DNA of 64,000 nucleotides from Eledone cirrhosa (GCA_964016885.1 OZ024755.1:19716001-19780000); one strand, 5' to 3'; positions 38,044 to 53,132 are shown, numbered from the stretch's first letter. The notes: generated from the sequence alone by a model not told the origin. Numbers and translations are program-made.

Positions 38044-38413
38044 CCGAATTAGTGTGGTAGAGACGAGCCCACGTGTTGTTGAGGTGTTTGACTTCGTCAA
38101 TACTCTGATATGGTCAGTTCCTGGTTGGGTTATTTCTCCGAGGAACTGGAATCATTTGAATAAAATAACAAAAAAAAACACTACAGATTGCCTTGCCTCA
38201 GAACGAATTTCTATAGACTTTTGACTGAGGAATGTTCTCACAACTGACCAATGGGAGGAGAAGATGTCCCTTGACGCTGAAATTTGTTTGTTTAAATTTA
38301 TATGATTCCAGTTCCTCAGTGAAATAACAACACAACCAGGAACTGGGCATATCAGACTATTGACGAAGTTAAATACCTCAACATGTGTACTCGTCTCTCC
38401 CACACTAATTCGG

Positions 38414-38468
38414 ACTGCCTGAAGATGTCACAGCCAAAGATGGCTGTCACCGAAATATATATAGCAGT
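38414..38468 (+). ncRNA. Minimal type-I hammerhead ribozyme
   Basis: ACTGC-CTGAAGA-tgtcACAGCCA aaga TGGCTGTcacc-GAAA-T-ATAT-A-TA-GCAGT-AATAAA. Confidence 0.85.
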
Positions 38469-38693
38469 AATAAACAAATTTTAAATATTTGACTTATTTA
38501 TTTTAGTTTATTTTACATTACTCCGGAATAACCAAACCAACCTGCGCACTTCGTCGAGTGCTCCAATCTGCATATTTAGGAGTTGGTATACAACCAACAT
38601 ATACTATATATATATATATATATATATATAGATATATAGCGACACATATACGCATAAACATCAAATTATTATTCGTGTATGTCTCTCTCTCCC

Positions 38694-38725
<32 letters not shown>

Positions 38726-39207
38726 TAGATCGCGTTAGTAACTAACTGTTTGTCGATTTTCTCTCTCAATATCAAATGTAAATTTCTTTCCTTACAGCTT
38801 GTCATATTTTCTTACACATAAAAGAATTTCGCGAATAATTTCCACACAACTTTCGATAAAGTATCATATAAAACTATAGACTGAGTATTGTTCTTAGAAT
38901 TGAGTGGAAAATTGTCAGACCGTAACGTATAACAGTTCGACATTCATACAACATTGACAACGTAAATGAAATATAGAAAAAGAAAAACTTTTAAATTAGA
39001 ATTTACTGTAATCTAACGTCTAAGTAATCATATAAGTTGCGTTCACAGACAATATTATACATCAACTTCCGATCGTGATGACTAAATCTGATAGGGTAGC
39101 TATTAAAAAAGACGGCGACGCATGCTTACTGATATATTACTAAATATATTTGTATTCATTATTCATTATCTGTTCATGTCTTCTGAATGCGTAACGAATA
39201 TACATAC

Positions 39208-39247
<40 letters not shown>

Positions 39248-39289
39248 CACATATATACACATACATATATATATATATATGTATGTATG

Positions 39290-39320
<31 letters not shown>

Positions 39321-39842
39321 GAATGTATGTATACATATGTATATATATATATGTGTGTATATATATATATATATATACATACATACATATATACACATAC
39401 ATACATATATACACATACATACATATATAATCACATATATATACATATACATATATATATGAGACGAAGCAGACACACAAAACACTCAAAGATACAAGAT
39501 AGTGTATTCTTTGGTGTTTATGGCTGCAACGAAGGATGTCGATGTCTTTGTAATGTACATATGTTCCTGTGATGTGACTACTCAACACACACATACATAT
39601 ATATATATATTATACATATATATCTATATATATATATATATATAAAACATGGGAAGAAAGAGGAATACTGCGTGGTTGCACATAGGTTACATATAAAATT
39701 AGTCCCTCATCAGTGATTTGCAACCATCATTGGTATTTCATCGCATTAAAAATCATATACCTCAGGTTGGTGCGAGCAATAACTAAAATAAGCTATTGGG
39801 ACAAGTGAATCGCGTAAAGCGAGTGAGACAAGTATATATATA

Positions 39843-40016
39843 GGGCGGTGGATTGTCAGTAACGGTAGAGAGTCGGACGCCATGCTTTCCACCATAGTTA
39901 CGTCCCTTTACGGTCTGAGTTCAAATCCGGCCTTTCATCCTTACGGGGTCGATAAAATAAAGCACCAGTAATGAACTGGGTAATTGCTGGCCTTGTGCCA
40001 AAAGTAGAAACAATTA
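39843..40016 (+). mobile_element. Family A SINE with a short internal deletion
   Basis: GTTCAAATCCGG is joined directly to CCTTTCATCC. Confidence 0.9.
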
Positions 40017-40068
<52 letters not shown>

Positions 40069-40289
40069 GGATGGCCAATATCTTTTGATTAGAATTTGGC
40101 AAAATTAAACTGCGTAGAAGCTTACATGTGTGTGTAAGCATTCATATATATATATATATATATATATATGGGATGGTCAACATCTTTTGATTGAAATTTG
40201 GCAAAATGAAACTGCGTAGAAGCTTTCATATATATATATATATATATATATAATATAAGATCAAAAGATGGTTAAAGGAGTTCCATATA

Positions 40290-40356
40290 TTTTATTATGC
40301 GCATTTCAAAAACAAACATCATCAAGCAATAATATTTGTGTTTTCATCAGATAAAA
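40290..40356 (-). ncRNA. Minimal type-I hammerhead ribozyme (left arm of family J)
   Basis: Minus strand: TTTTAT-CTGATGA-aaacacaaatattat tgcttg atgatgtttgttttt-GAAA-T-GCGC-A-TA-ATAAAA. Confidence 0.85.
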
Positions 40357-40478
40357 CAGGAGAACATGATATGAAGGCTAAAAAACACTTGTTGATAGTG
40401 CAGTTTTAAATCAACATATGTTGATTTAAAACTGCACTATCAACAAGTGTTTTTTAGCCTTCATATCATGTTCTCCTG

Positions 40479-40551
40479 TTTTATCTGATGAAAACACAAA
40501 TATTATTGCTTGATAATGTTTGTTTTTGTTTTTGAAATGCGCATAATAAAA
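40479..40551 (+). ncRNA. Minimal type-I hammerhead ribozyme (right arm of family J)
   Basis: TTTTAT-CTGATGA(40485-91)-stem II-GAAA(40534-37)-T-GCGC-A-TA-ATAAAA; palindromic AUGCGCAU in stem/loop III. Confidence 0.85.
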
Positions 40552-40677
40552 TATATGGAACTCCTTTAACCATCTTTTGATCTTATATTATGCATACTCC
40601 AGTCCCACAAACTGTAGAGTGCTTCTTATCCGATATCTGCATTGCTTTATTGTACTACAATAAAACTCACCTCCTAC

Positions 40678-40739
<62 letters not shown>

Positions 40740-40741
<2 letters not shown>

Positions 40742-40902
40742 CCCAAGCGAGTTACAGGTACTCTATTTTATCGACCCAGTAAGGATGAAAGGCAAACCTT
40801 ACCTTAGATGGTTTTGAACTGAGAACGTAAACTCAGGCCGTAACTATATACCACAAATTATATTTGTCAGATGCTCTGCCGATTATTGCTAATCCACCAA
40901 CC
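40740..40902 (-). mobile_element. Degenerate family A SINE
   Basis: TATTTTATCGACCCAGTAAGGATGAAAGGCAAA...TTTGAACTGAGAACGTAA...GCTAATCCACC. Confidence 0.75.
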
Positions 40903-41280
40903 TTGAAGGCTGAATAATATAAATCCTGTTATCCCGATCTTTTCAGACATGGCTCAAGCTGTGCTCAGTATGAGCCTTCAACATCTAGGGTCAACCGATT
41001 GTTCCCTGTCTACCTTATCATGGTTCGTCAAGATGTACTGTTCGTTCAACCATTTTAAAAATGTTTTGTCCCCTAATAAACTGATTGATTTATTACCTTA
41101 GACAACCTCTTGTAAATTTTCCCAATTCTATTCGGTCCATATTACATAACATCAGATTATATTCAAACCTTTCCTTAAACTGTTTCTTCCGTCTCCCTTT
41201 TTGATTGTTCTCCTCCTTTCAGTTGGAAAGAAAGATTTGCTTTGTCAGCCAATCTTATACACAGAAACACACACACACAC

Positions 41281-41354
<74 letters not shown>

Positions 41355-42097
41355 TTATATAATATATATATGTGTTTATACATATATATACACACACAGA
41401 CACACATATATACACACACAGACACACACACACACATATATATATATATATGCCCACACACACACATAAATATATATATATATATGCCCACACACACACA
41501 TATATATAAGGTGTGTTTTGTTTGTACACCTTTGTGTTTTTGTTCTCTTATTCATCCATCCTATTTACTAAATGTAGAATTAATCTACAATAAATGTTTC
41601 GTTCTCATAGAATCTTCCTTAGGAATTGCTGAAAATTACATTACGAGTTCTTTTATGTTTTCACAATAATACAATAATCGTTACTGAGATTGAATAGACT
41701 TTCCCATTCTTTTAACTCCCTTTCTATACCCAACGTTCACCCCATTGACTTTGCTATACTTTTCCTCTGAGATCGATAAAATAAATACCGGTAATATTGT
41801 ATATTTTGTCACATCTCGTTCCTTAGTTCGATAGATATACCAATCGCCTGTATTTACTAATATTCAAACGTGGGTTATGTTGTTTATTAAAAGAAAAATT
41901 ATAGATATTGTTTTCTAATATGTGTAGTGAGATGTAATTAATCACATACAATATTTTGAACCCTATAGAGACTCTAATAGCAGCCAATCATCTAATCTGT
42001 CAGAAATAGGAGTTATATCTGTCTCTGATCATGTTCCCCTTCCTAAATAAGTCCCTAATATAGAAACGGGAGAGTTACGCTACGATCAACCTTGGTC

Positions 42098-42320
42098 ATA
42101 AGACTGTCCAGTCAGGACTGTTTAATCAGAACTATCCAAAAAAGAAATACAAAATCAATACTGCCCAATAAGGGCTACCGGATCAGGACTGCCAGATCAG
42201 GACTATCGGGTCAGTACTACACGATCAGGACTACCGGGTCAGTACTACACGATCAGGACTGCCGAATCAGTACTACCCGATTAGGACTGTTCAATCAAGA
42301 CTGCCTGATCAGAACAGTCC
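42098..42320. repeat. Degenerate short-period tandem repeat (ATCAGGACTRCC / TCAGTACTACACG)
   Basis: Recurring ATCAGGACT/TCAGTACTA motifs at about 13-14-bp spacing. Confidence 0.7.
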
Positions 42321-42842
42321 TGTTAAAGTATTGTACTTGCAAGATTTATAGGTCTGATATTCCAATTCTATTATTGTTTGTTTCACTTTTAGTTCCCTGG
42401 AACTAGATAAAGCAATTATTACCCCTAATACTATGATATTTAAACGAAAAGTGTATTTAAAACCACATCATCTTTAACAATCTACAGCATAACTAAGTTA
42501 AAAATCAATACTAATATTAAGAAGTTTACCACAATGTACTACATGTATTTCGTAATCACACTAAAATATTTTTGTAGTTTTAGTTTTCCGGGGCCATTTC
42601 CGTACTGTAATAAATACAAATGGCTCCTTCTAACTTCAAATAAGACAGAGAGACTATTCCGAAATCGCTAATCGTATAAAATTGCCAATGCCATGTGTAT
42701 TTGCATCGACATATTTTACATACGTTCAAACATGGACTGATATGTAATGATGTACTCAGTGCTTTCAACCTTGAAACAATATCAATCACATTATATATTT
42801 ATAATGTAAGTTTTCATTTTTGTATGCTTTGCCAAAATAGAA

Positions 42843-43578
<736 letters not shown>

Positions 43579-44042
43579 GCCACATCCAACTACTGTACAT
43601 TAAAATACCGGTAAGCTTATTATGTTATAAAAGGAAGAAATAAATGGATGTTTGGGAATGCTTGTACTGATTGAAGTACAGAGTAGCAAGGAAATCTTGA
43701 ATGTTACGAAATAAAATAAACAAAAATAAGCCATAAGAACCAAGTTTACACTTGTAAGAATTTTGTTGAGGGGAAAAAAAAGAAGTTTTGGTAGAAAACC
43801 AGGAAGAATACAAAACCAGGAAGAATACAAAACCAGTTTTAAGCTGTGTGTATTAAAGTGTATAGTATGAACTGAACTGAAATGAGAAAATAAAGCGGAG
43901 AAAACAGATGTGCCTATATAAGCAACGTATATAATCTTTATGTTCGTCAGAATAGGTAGAACACGCTTTTAGGTGTGAAACCTGCGTTACTATATATATA
44001 TATCTTTAGATTCTGAAAATGGAAATTATATATATATATATA

Positions 44043-44213
44043 TAACGAAGGAAATGTGGTAAGGAACCAGGTGGACCATAACGTACCAAAGTACTTAATA
44101 CTTAGGTTAGTAGAGTGGGTAATAGGAACGAGTAGGACCCCGACGGCTGAGCTCAAGCCGTTTCGACGGCTAATTCTGGACGTCCAGAATTAGCCGTCGA
44201 GGTCCCACTCGTT

Positions 44214-44218
<5 letters not shown>
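44043..44218 (-). mobile_element. Family B fold-back element, copy 5
   Basis: Tail plus palindrome centred on TCTGGACGTCCAGA; the short arm has an internal deletion. Confidence 0.85.
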
Positions 44219-44252
<34 letters not shown>

Positions 44253-44254
44253 AT

Positions 44255-44420
44255 ATAAAAGGTAAACAGAAATAACAACACAATCGGTACAGTGTATGGA
44301 AGGAATATATTAGGTTAATGCTTGAAATAGTAGGAAGAGGGTCTTAACGTTTCGGACGCTAGTCCTTTACCAGAAGAAAGAATGAGTAATTAGATAGACT
44401 GAAAGGACGGGTGAGGTGGA
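44255..44420 (-). mobile_element. Family E element copy 1 with mutated-core hammerhead (44342-44377)
   Basis: Minus strand: TCTT-CTGgTaA-aGGAC tagc GTCC-GAAA-CGT-T-AAGA; homologous to 62576-62720. Confidence 0.7.
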
Positions 44421-44535
44421 AATGGAAAAAAAATGTCTCTAGATAAAAATAACAGGTCCATCCATGTTGACGTCTCTTGGAAAACTGTTGATGCTGGCGT
44501 TTTGTGTATGATATATTTTTTTTATACATACATAT

Positions 44536-44566
<31 letters not shown>

Positions 44567-44592
44567 ATGCATATATACATATATGAATAACG

Positions 44593-44634
<42 letters not shown>

Positions 44635-44635
<1 letters not shown>

Positions 44636-44831
44636 CACGAAGGAAATGTGGTAAGGAACCAGATGGACCATAACGCACCAGAGTACTCAATACTTAGGGT
44701 AGTAGAGTGGATAATAGGAAAAGGTATGACCCTGACGGCAGAGCTCAAGCCGTTTCGACGGCTATTTCTGAGTCCAGAAATAACCGTCGAAACGGCTTGA
44801 GCTCTGCCGTCGGGGTGATACCTTTTCCTAT
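44635..44831 (-). mobile_element. Family B fold-back element, copy 6
   Basis: Tail plus palindrome centred on TTTCTGAGTCCAGAAA. Confidence 0.85.
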
Positions 44832-44947
44832 ATATACATATATGTATATGTACAACCATACAGAAAAAGAAAGCAGCATTGCAAAGGACTATAAATGCCA
44901 CAAATGAGAGGAAGAGAAAGGAAGAGCAAGGGTTACTAGGAAATTAT

Positions 44948-45134
44948 GTGGATTGTCAGTATCGGTAGAGGGTCGGACGCCATGCTTTGCAGAAAAGAGT
45001 TACGGCCCTTTATGGTTTGAGTTCAAATCCCGCCGTGGATAACTTTGTCTTTCATCCTTACGGGGTCGATAAAATAAAGTACCAGTAATACACTGGGATA
45101 ATTGCTGGCCTTGTGCCAAAAGTAGAAACAATTA
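44948..45134 (+). mobile_element. Family A SINE
   Basis: Near full-length match. Confidence 0.9.
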
Positions 45135-45397
45135 TTTACCTAAGTGATGAATGGTAGTAACGCAATATCTTTGCTCTAATGAATCATGTATCTGTTTTAA
45201 TTTCAAATCTCTCGGCGGCCATATTTGTCTTTCATACTTCCAGGTTTATGAAATAAGTAGCGTTTAATTACTGTCGCTGATATAACCCATTAGCCTCCCA
45301 TACAACATCAGGTGTCTCCCAGGGGTTGATTAAAATAAGAACAAACCAATTAATGGATCAATTTAACAGAATATCATTTCCACTCTAAATCTAGAGA

Positions 45398-46605
45398 CCA
45401 TCATCATCATCATCATCATCACCATTATCATCCTCATCATTAACACCACCACCACCATTCTTATCACTATCATAACCACCACATTCTCCACCACTATCAC
45501 CACTGCCGCCACCCCTATCACCACCCATCAAAATCACCGCCATTATTATCGCCACCTCCGCGATCCCCATTACTACCACCGCCGCCATCCCTATCACCAC
45601 CATCCGCATCAGTATCACCACCAGCATCTCAATCACAACTACCATCATCCCAGCCATCCGCCATCACTAACACAACCACCACCACCGCCGCCGACATTCC
45701 GATCCCTATCAACGACCACCATCATCATAATCCCCATTTTTATCACCAACGACACCACCACCCCTATCACTACCAATACCACCACCGCTATCCCTATCAC
45801 CATCCCCATCACCACCACCATTCCCATCACTAACACAACCACCACATCCATCATTATCACCACCATCCTCATCACTATAACTGCTACCACAACCACCACC
45901 ACCGTTTCCCCCCCCCCATCATTATCACCACCATCGCCACCATCCTTATCACTATCACTACTACCACAACCACCACCACGATCACACCACCATCGCCACC
46001 ATCCTTATCACTATCACTACTACCACAACCACCACCACGATCACACCACCATCGCCACCATCCTTATCACTATCACTACTACCACAACCACCACCACGAT
46101 CACACCACCATCGCCACCATCTTTATCACTACTACCACAACCACCACCACGATCACACCACCATCGCCACCATCCTTATCACTACTACCACAACCACCAC
46201 CACGATCACACCACCATCGCCACCATCCTTATCACTACTACCACAACCACGATCACACCACCATCGCCACCATCCTTATCACTACTACCACAACCACCAC
46301 CACGATCACACCACCATCGCCACCATCCTTATCACTACTACCACAACCACCACCACGATCACACCACCATCGCCACCATCCTTATCACTACTACCACAAC
46401 CACGATCACACCACCATCGCCACCATCCTTATCACTACTACCACAACCACCACCACGATCACACCACCATCGCCACCATCCTTATCACTATCACTACTAC
46501 CACAACCACCACCACGATCACACCACCATCACCACCACCACCATTATTCCCATCACCACCACATCACCACCACCATTATTCCCATCACCACCACCACCAT
46601 CATTA
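45398..46605. repeat. (CAC/CAT)n cryptic triplet region containing a 59/53/47-bp minisatellite (about 45925-46530)
   Basis: Unit TTATCACTATCACTACTACCACAACCACCACCACGATCACACCACCATCGCCACCATCC at 45946, 46005 and onward, with 6-bp deletion variants. Confidence 0.9.
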
Positions 46606-47985
46606 TACTAGTCTATACTATAACAACATGCACTGCTCCATTCAGCATGACTTTTTGTAATGTTTCTTATTCGGTGTGGGTTTTTTTTTCTGTGTCAAAT
46701 GGTTCGAATGGCTTCAAGGCTGAACAATGTTTCGTTGATGTTTTCGGCTAAGTTTAGGTGAAAAACAAAACAAAAAAACGTTATTGAATGTATGTTTTGT
46801 TTGTTAGTTGACATTCAACAGAAAATGTTGGCTTGAAAAATCCCTTCAAGCAAAAGCTTTCACATCTGCATAGAAAATACAAAATAATAAAAAAAAAACA
46901 GAGCACAAGCGTTTTGAAGGGAAACAAATGACAGTTTTACTATTTTTATTTCGAATGAGAGTTATTGTAGACTATTTGTTTAACATTACAACACCACACA
47001 ACGTAGCAAAGTTTCATATTCTGATAAGAAAATTGTCGATATAGACAAGGTTCATTCACAGAGGCAAAATGTGGCAAAATTGTATATCTTTAGCCGATGA
47101 AATTGTCGAAGAGCAAGAAAAGAGGAAATTAACTTACCGCTGACTCATGAAGTGAATGACGCTATATTGTACGCCATTGAAAAGACAAAATGAAAGAAGT
47201 TATGGCAAGTGAGAATTTATTGTTCATCGAACGAGGCACGGTATACAGGGACTTTATATCTTTATGAACACTTTAACACGTCTATTCTCTAACATTCATA
47301 CTATTCTCATTCGTTTTATACAAAAGTATACTGTCTTTTCCTTTCATGTTTTTTTTTTAACATGGGCGGTTAATTTGGTAGAGACGTTAGAAAATCGATA
47401 AGAATGCTTCCTTGTATATGTTCCGTCTCTCTGGGCTCTGAGTTCAAATTCGACTGAAATGAACTTGGTTTTACATCCATTGGAGATTAGTAAATAAAGA
47501 ACCAGTCCAGTATTAGGATCCAATCTTCTTCAATTTTTCTTTCACCCTCTACACACGCTTTCTCTCTCTGTCTCTCTTTCTCATACACACACACACACAC
47601 ATACACACACACACACATATATATATATAAATCAGGAAAGAAGATTGACATGGTTTGCTATACAAAAAAGGTTTTTAATCTCATTGCTGACAATTGTTTC
47701 TCTGAACTGATAGGTCTAGAGATCGCTATTCGCTTGTTTTCACGTTACTCGATCGCCAATACAAAATTATAACCAGTCAGTTGTTCGGAGCATGCGAGAA
47801 TGAAGAGAAAACGCCTTGTTGAGTCAAACCAAGCCAAGCGTTGATATCATCCACTACCCGGAATACCATAACTGGACTACACCTAAGTGGACTGCATATA
47901 ACTATTATTTGTTACCCTGTGTATATATATATATATATAAAATATATAGATTTACATATACATAAACTAGACAGAGCCATATATG

Positions 47986-48034
<49 letters not shown>

Positions 48035-48194
48035 TGGAACAATAATAGGCTTTGTTCAGACCTGGAGAGTGATGAGTTTCGCCAAATCTACAAATGCCTA
48101 ACGAGTTAATCCAGTGTTAATGGTCTATGGTATAGCATGTTTTAATATTTTATCTCTATGTATATACATGTGAGCCTTTGTGGCTAATTAATTA

Positions 48195-48597
48195 TAGGGG
48201 AAATCGTAAGAGTATTGGAAAAAATATCTTGCGATATTTGATTTGTCTCATTTTCTGAGTTCAAATCCCACCTAAGTAAACTTTGATTTGAACCTTCTAG
48301 GACCAATAAAATAAAGTACTAGTCAACTACTGGGCCAGATTAATGGATTAATGGCTCCCTCCAAATTGTTGGGTAGGGAGGTGATTTGACAGTATTGGTA
48401 GAACGTTGGACAATCTGCTTTGCGGCATATAGTTACATCTCTTTATGTTCTGAGTTCAGATCCTGCCGAGGTTAGCTTTGCCTTTCATCCTTACGGGATC
48501 GATAAAATAAAATACCAGTAATGCACTGGGATCGATTTAATCGACGTTTCCCTACCTCAGAATTGTTGGCCGTGTGTCTAAATTAGAAACTATTATT
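48195..48597 (+). mobile_element. Two tandem older family A SINEs (long variant)
   Basis: CTGAGTTCAAATCCCACC..ATAAAATAAAGTAC; CTGAGTTCAGATCCTGCCGAGG..GATTTAATCGAC..TTAGAAAC. More decayed relatives lie at about 47365-47520 and 48620-49570. Confidence 0.8.
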
Positions 48598-50823
48598 ATA
48601 TGTAAGAGTAGGGCCAAGATTGACACAATCGTTATACCATTTTCCTCTGGGTTCGAATCCCGTAGGAGTAAACTTTTCTTTTTTCTCACCGGCGGGCGAT
48701 GTAATAAACTACAAAACTAGTACTATGATCGATACTAACGAATGTTTCCTACGCAAACAATTTCTGTTTTTATATCTATGAAATAAATCATTATTTTATA
48801 TAAGGATGGTAAGTTAAAGGATTGGCAGACCGTCGGATAAGAAGCCTGTTAGCGATTAATAGTCTTATTATATGTTCTGAATCAAACCCCGCTAGGCTTG
48901 ACACTTTCATTTTTCTGAAGTTAATAAACTAAGAACCAGTGTCAGGTAATAAAGATGATTAAGTCCACTACAATCCCCTGCCATTCCACTAAATTCATGA
49001 CATTGTATTTAAAATAGAACTTATTATCGTTGTATAATTTATAACGATATAGCTTTACAGTCGTAAGCTCGCTTAATTCATATATTTACGTGATCAGAAA
49101 AAAGGAAAGAAGAACTGAACAAGGTAATAAATTTAATGTAGAAAAGAGACAGCTAAATTCTAATTAACATCTTATCGATAATAAACTCAATGAATTCTAA
49201 ATTTCCTAAGAGGCCAAGTTTTTATTTGGTGTAGGAATGGGACTACAGTCACTGAAATCAAACTCTGTAACTGATTGCTGCTCATCTTATCAACCTGAGA
49301 AGGATGAAAATTAAAGACGACCTTGAGTTTTGAACTCATATCTCGAAACTCATTTTGCCTGCTTCTCTATCTTCCTTGTAATCCATCCGATCATACTAAG
49401 TGTAATTTTTTCTTGTATTGACGCAAGGCCTCAGATTTTGAGGCAAAAAAGATTGGATTATTTTCAACTCAGTACTATAAGAGGTGCTTATTTTATCGAC
49501 CTCATATAATAATGAAAGAGAATGCTGACCAGGTTCAAACTTTGTTGTCAGAACGTAAATAGATGTTATTAATTCTGCTTTTTACTGATCCTGACATCCA
49601 GAGCTCTCACAAAACGAAGAGGGAAAAAATAAAAACAGTCAGTAACGTTTGTTATATTCAATATAATACAACAGTAAGAGAATATGTTCAATGATTAAAA
49701 ATACAATATAATAGACAATATTACAAACTAACAGTCCGTATACATTGAAGTTTACATCTGATATGAATAATAAATATGTTCAGAGGAATGAATAATCAGC
49801 AGACATACATATATCAGAGAACATTGGAAAAATCATATAGTAAGATGAATAACAACAGTAGTGAACTTCGCGAAGTCAATAGGATGGAAAATAGTACAAA
49901 CCAAATAGGTATATAATCTAGTAGATTTAATGCATCAAATGTCCTCCTATTGCACAAAATGCGATAGGAATTATTTTAAAAATGGCTGAACTACATGTTT
50001 ATATAAAAGTTCTTATTTGTCTTGTGAAGCATTGAAAACATTTGAAGAAAATTCACTCAGTTGAAATATAGAGTGCAGTTCAACAACAGTGCAGCATTGA
50101 ATGTTTCTCTTGCTTAACGGTGTGTTACAGGCTTTTTTATATAACAGATGGCTTTCATTGATCTTAGTTCATTTGGTAGTAAAGTACTATCGATATTTTA
50201 TATCCATTGTCTCCGATGACATATAGACTAATAATTCTGGATCAATACTACACTATCAGGTATCAGTCTAACATTTCAATACCCGAGTCCTCAAATAAAA
50301 TACAACGCTGCAACATTTCTGAAAGGAGTTGATCCAATGTCAATGCTTAAGACAAAATATTTATTTATCATGTTAGGAAGAAGTTTGACTTTCATTAAAA
50401 ATTATTTATCTTGACACCAGCACAACTATAGCTACATCTTCAGTATATTTAATAAATACGGATCACGTTTTAGTATTATAACACGATTACATTATCCACA
50501 TAAAAAAAAAACTTAGTTAAGTTAATGCTAACACAATAAGTACAGGAAACAATTATGCATGGAAGATAGTGAAAATATTATCAGTCATTTATTAATATTT
50601 CTATGTGTGTAACAATTTTTGTCTCCTTATAACGGTTCTTACATTAAATGTTAACACTAACTATTGCTTTTCAAGCGACGGTGTATTTTAATTATTTATT
50701 CTATAATCAATTCTCTTTTCTGACACCAACCAATGTACAATGTTGTAGATTCACTCATTGATTCTTTAATCAGTATTTCAGTACAGCAAATACTGGGTAT
50801 GTTATGACACGATGATAAGGTCA

Positions 50824-50995
50824 TAATTGTTTCTGCTTTTGGCACAAGGCCAGCAATTACCCAATGCATTACTGGTACTTTATTTTATCGACCCCGTAAG
50901 GATGAAAGGCAAGGTTCACCTCGGCGGGATTTGAACGCAGATCATACAGGAAGGTAACTCTATGCTTCAAAACATGGCGTCCGACCCTCTCATCG
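50824..50995 (-). mobile_element. Family A SINE
   Basis: Consensus match, slightly 5'-truncated. Confidence 0.9.
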
Positions 50996-51924
50996 AAACA
51001 TGTCCGCAGCTCTCTGCTGTATCTTCTGAACAAATAAAAACAACATAATCATTAGCAAATATTTTTCTTCGCCGCTTATTAATTAATAACATATTGAATG
51101 TTCACCCCATTAAATATTGATACACATATTGTAGCTTAAATACAGTCGATCCATCGTAACTATTGTCAAACATACATTTATTTGCACATCCTATAAAAGA
51201 ACTGAATGTCTCGGCTTTCCTGCGTAAAAGACAGAATTTCTATAGCAAGAGCACGATTGTTTCGTGTGTGATAACTGCAGTATATCATACTATCCAGTGA
51301 TATCGCTTCCGTTAAGTAGATCCCATGTCTCCATGTCACCTAACGACACACTATCCAGCGATATCCATTTTGTTAGGTACATCGTATGCCTCCATGACAC
51401 TATCCAGTAATGCAAAAGCTATTATTTATCATCAATTTATTAGGGTAGAGACACGTATTGATTTCTAGCTTTGGCAGAAGGCCACGCATTGTAAACGGGG
51501 ACTATTGTCGACTAATGTGTAGTCCTTGGTACAAGATCACAAATTGTAAAAAAGTGTAGTCAGATTGGGTATTTAATTGTTACCTACCTTATCGATCATG
51601 TAAAGGGTAAGAGAAATGGGTTTCAACAGAATCTAAACTAGAGAGTGACGTAACTTAATAATGCAAATTATTTTGTCAACAGATTTATCGATTCCGTCAA
51701 TCTATAGCTCAGCTATGGAACCACTGTTACGTTTGTTGCTTTCAGCTTGTCGCCTTTAAAGACAATAGAAAACCTCATTCCTATCTGTGGCGTCTATGTC
51801 TTTCCCGAAATTAGATTGTTTTGTTTATTTTAGATTTTAAACACTTATAGAGGAAGTTTTTGTCTACTATTTGCATTGATGATTTCAGTTATTAAACTTT
51901 TGGAACTTCCAAAATTTTCACACG

Positions 51925-52322
51925 TGAGTCATGAATCTTGGGTAAGGACCGAAAGAATACGATCACGAATACAAGCAGCTGAAATGGGTTTCTTCCGAAC
52001 GATATTTGAGTAAAATTTCTCAATAGAGCTCACTCCTTGGAGATCAGTGAGTCACTCCAGGTAGAACCGCTGCTTCTTCGAATTGAGAAATCACAGCTCC
52101 AATATTACCGGCATGTGGTTAGAATGTCTCTGGGAAGAATCTGTGGACAGATTTTACGGGCAAAACCAGCAGGCAAGAGACCCAGATGGTTGGATAATAT
52201 ATATATGAGTTTTGCTGGTCTTGCTTGAGGACGGTTGCTTTCGACAGGACCTGCTGGACGGAATGTTTGAGGATTCTGCCCCCACGATCCTTTCAGGAAT
52301 AAGTGGGCGACGAAGAAGCAAA
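51925..52322 (+). mobile_element. RTE-clade (Expander/Rex3-like) LINE 3' fragment
   Basis: HESWVRTERIRSRIQAAEMGFFR, then ISESLQVEPLLLRIEKSQLQYYRHVVRM...GKRPRWLD: RTE C-terminal domain with frameshift and deletion. Confidence 0.8.
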
Positions 52323-52636
52323 AGAGAGCCAGCATTAATTTTCTTCCAAGCTTTGTTGTATAGATAATACACCAACAGCAGCGTTATTTACAAGAGCAAA
52401 GAACGGTGCATGTGTGTGGGATTTTTATTGGCAACACTGATGTATGTAGAGAGGTTTTCATAAGAAATATCCAGCTAGTACATAATATTACCTTAAAACT
52501 GTCATTTATAAAATTAATACATTATGGCAATGATTCAAGTCCCTGAAGTTAATAGGCAATAAACTGCTACTATACGTAATAAACATTCAAATATTCATGG
52601 CTTTTCCAAAGGCGTTAGCAGTGCATGTGATACGAC

Positions 52637-52714
52637 TTACTACTACTACTACGATGGCTACTACTACTACAACTACTATTACTGCCACTACTACCATTGC
52701 TACTACTACTGCTG

Positions 52715-52745
<31 letters not shown>

Positions 52746-52797
52746 CACTACTACGGCTGCTACTACTACTACTACTGTTGCTGCGGCGGCGGCGGTG
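52637..52797. repeat. (ACT)n trinucleotide repeat
   Basis: Direct reading; source of the poly-Thr ORF. Confidence 0.95.
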
Positions 52798-53097
52798 TTA
52801 ATTTTTATGGGAATTTTAGAAAGAATAAATCAATACATTGATAATATTTTCGAATAGTATCTTGTTCTAAATTCATAATTAACCCGTAGTACCAGTATAC
52901 ACTGGTATAAAATTGCTGGCCTTGTGCCAAAAGAAGAAACAATTATTTCAGCGCTGGGAAATTTATCATTTCGCGTGTCACGTGTTATCTCCAAATACAA
53001 TTAAGTAGCAACAATAAAACAGGAAGTATAAGAACAGCAGCAATAACATCAGCAATAAAGATCAATAAAAATATTAATGCGATATCATTAGAAGGGA

Positions 53098-53132
<35 letters not shown>

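Larger units (their letters stand above)
40251..40680 (+). mobile_element. Family J element: spacerless palindrome with ~167-bp arms (centre 40417/40418) plus a 90-bp tail
   Basis: 40251-40417 is the reverse complement of 40418-40590 except for one substitution and a 6-bp indel; (TA)n on both sides. Confidence 0.9.

Noticed and set aside
39670-39730. CTGATGA on the minus strand inside a TA-flanked segment (similar hits at 54421 and about 56050)
   Set aside because: No properly placed stem II-GAAA-NUH, so not called as hammerheads.
40068-40226. Two ~57-bp direct repeats between TA runs (similar duplication at 56138-56250)
   Set aside because: Simple local slippage duplications; no additional structure identified.
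47060-47200. Fragmentary peptide (SLADEIVEEQEKR..VNDAILYAIEK) faintly like Helitron Rep/helicase linker regions
   Set aside because: Requires frameshifts; the similarity is too weak to assert without a search.
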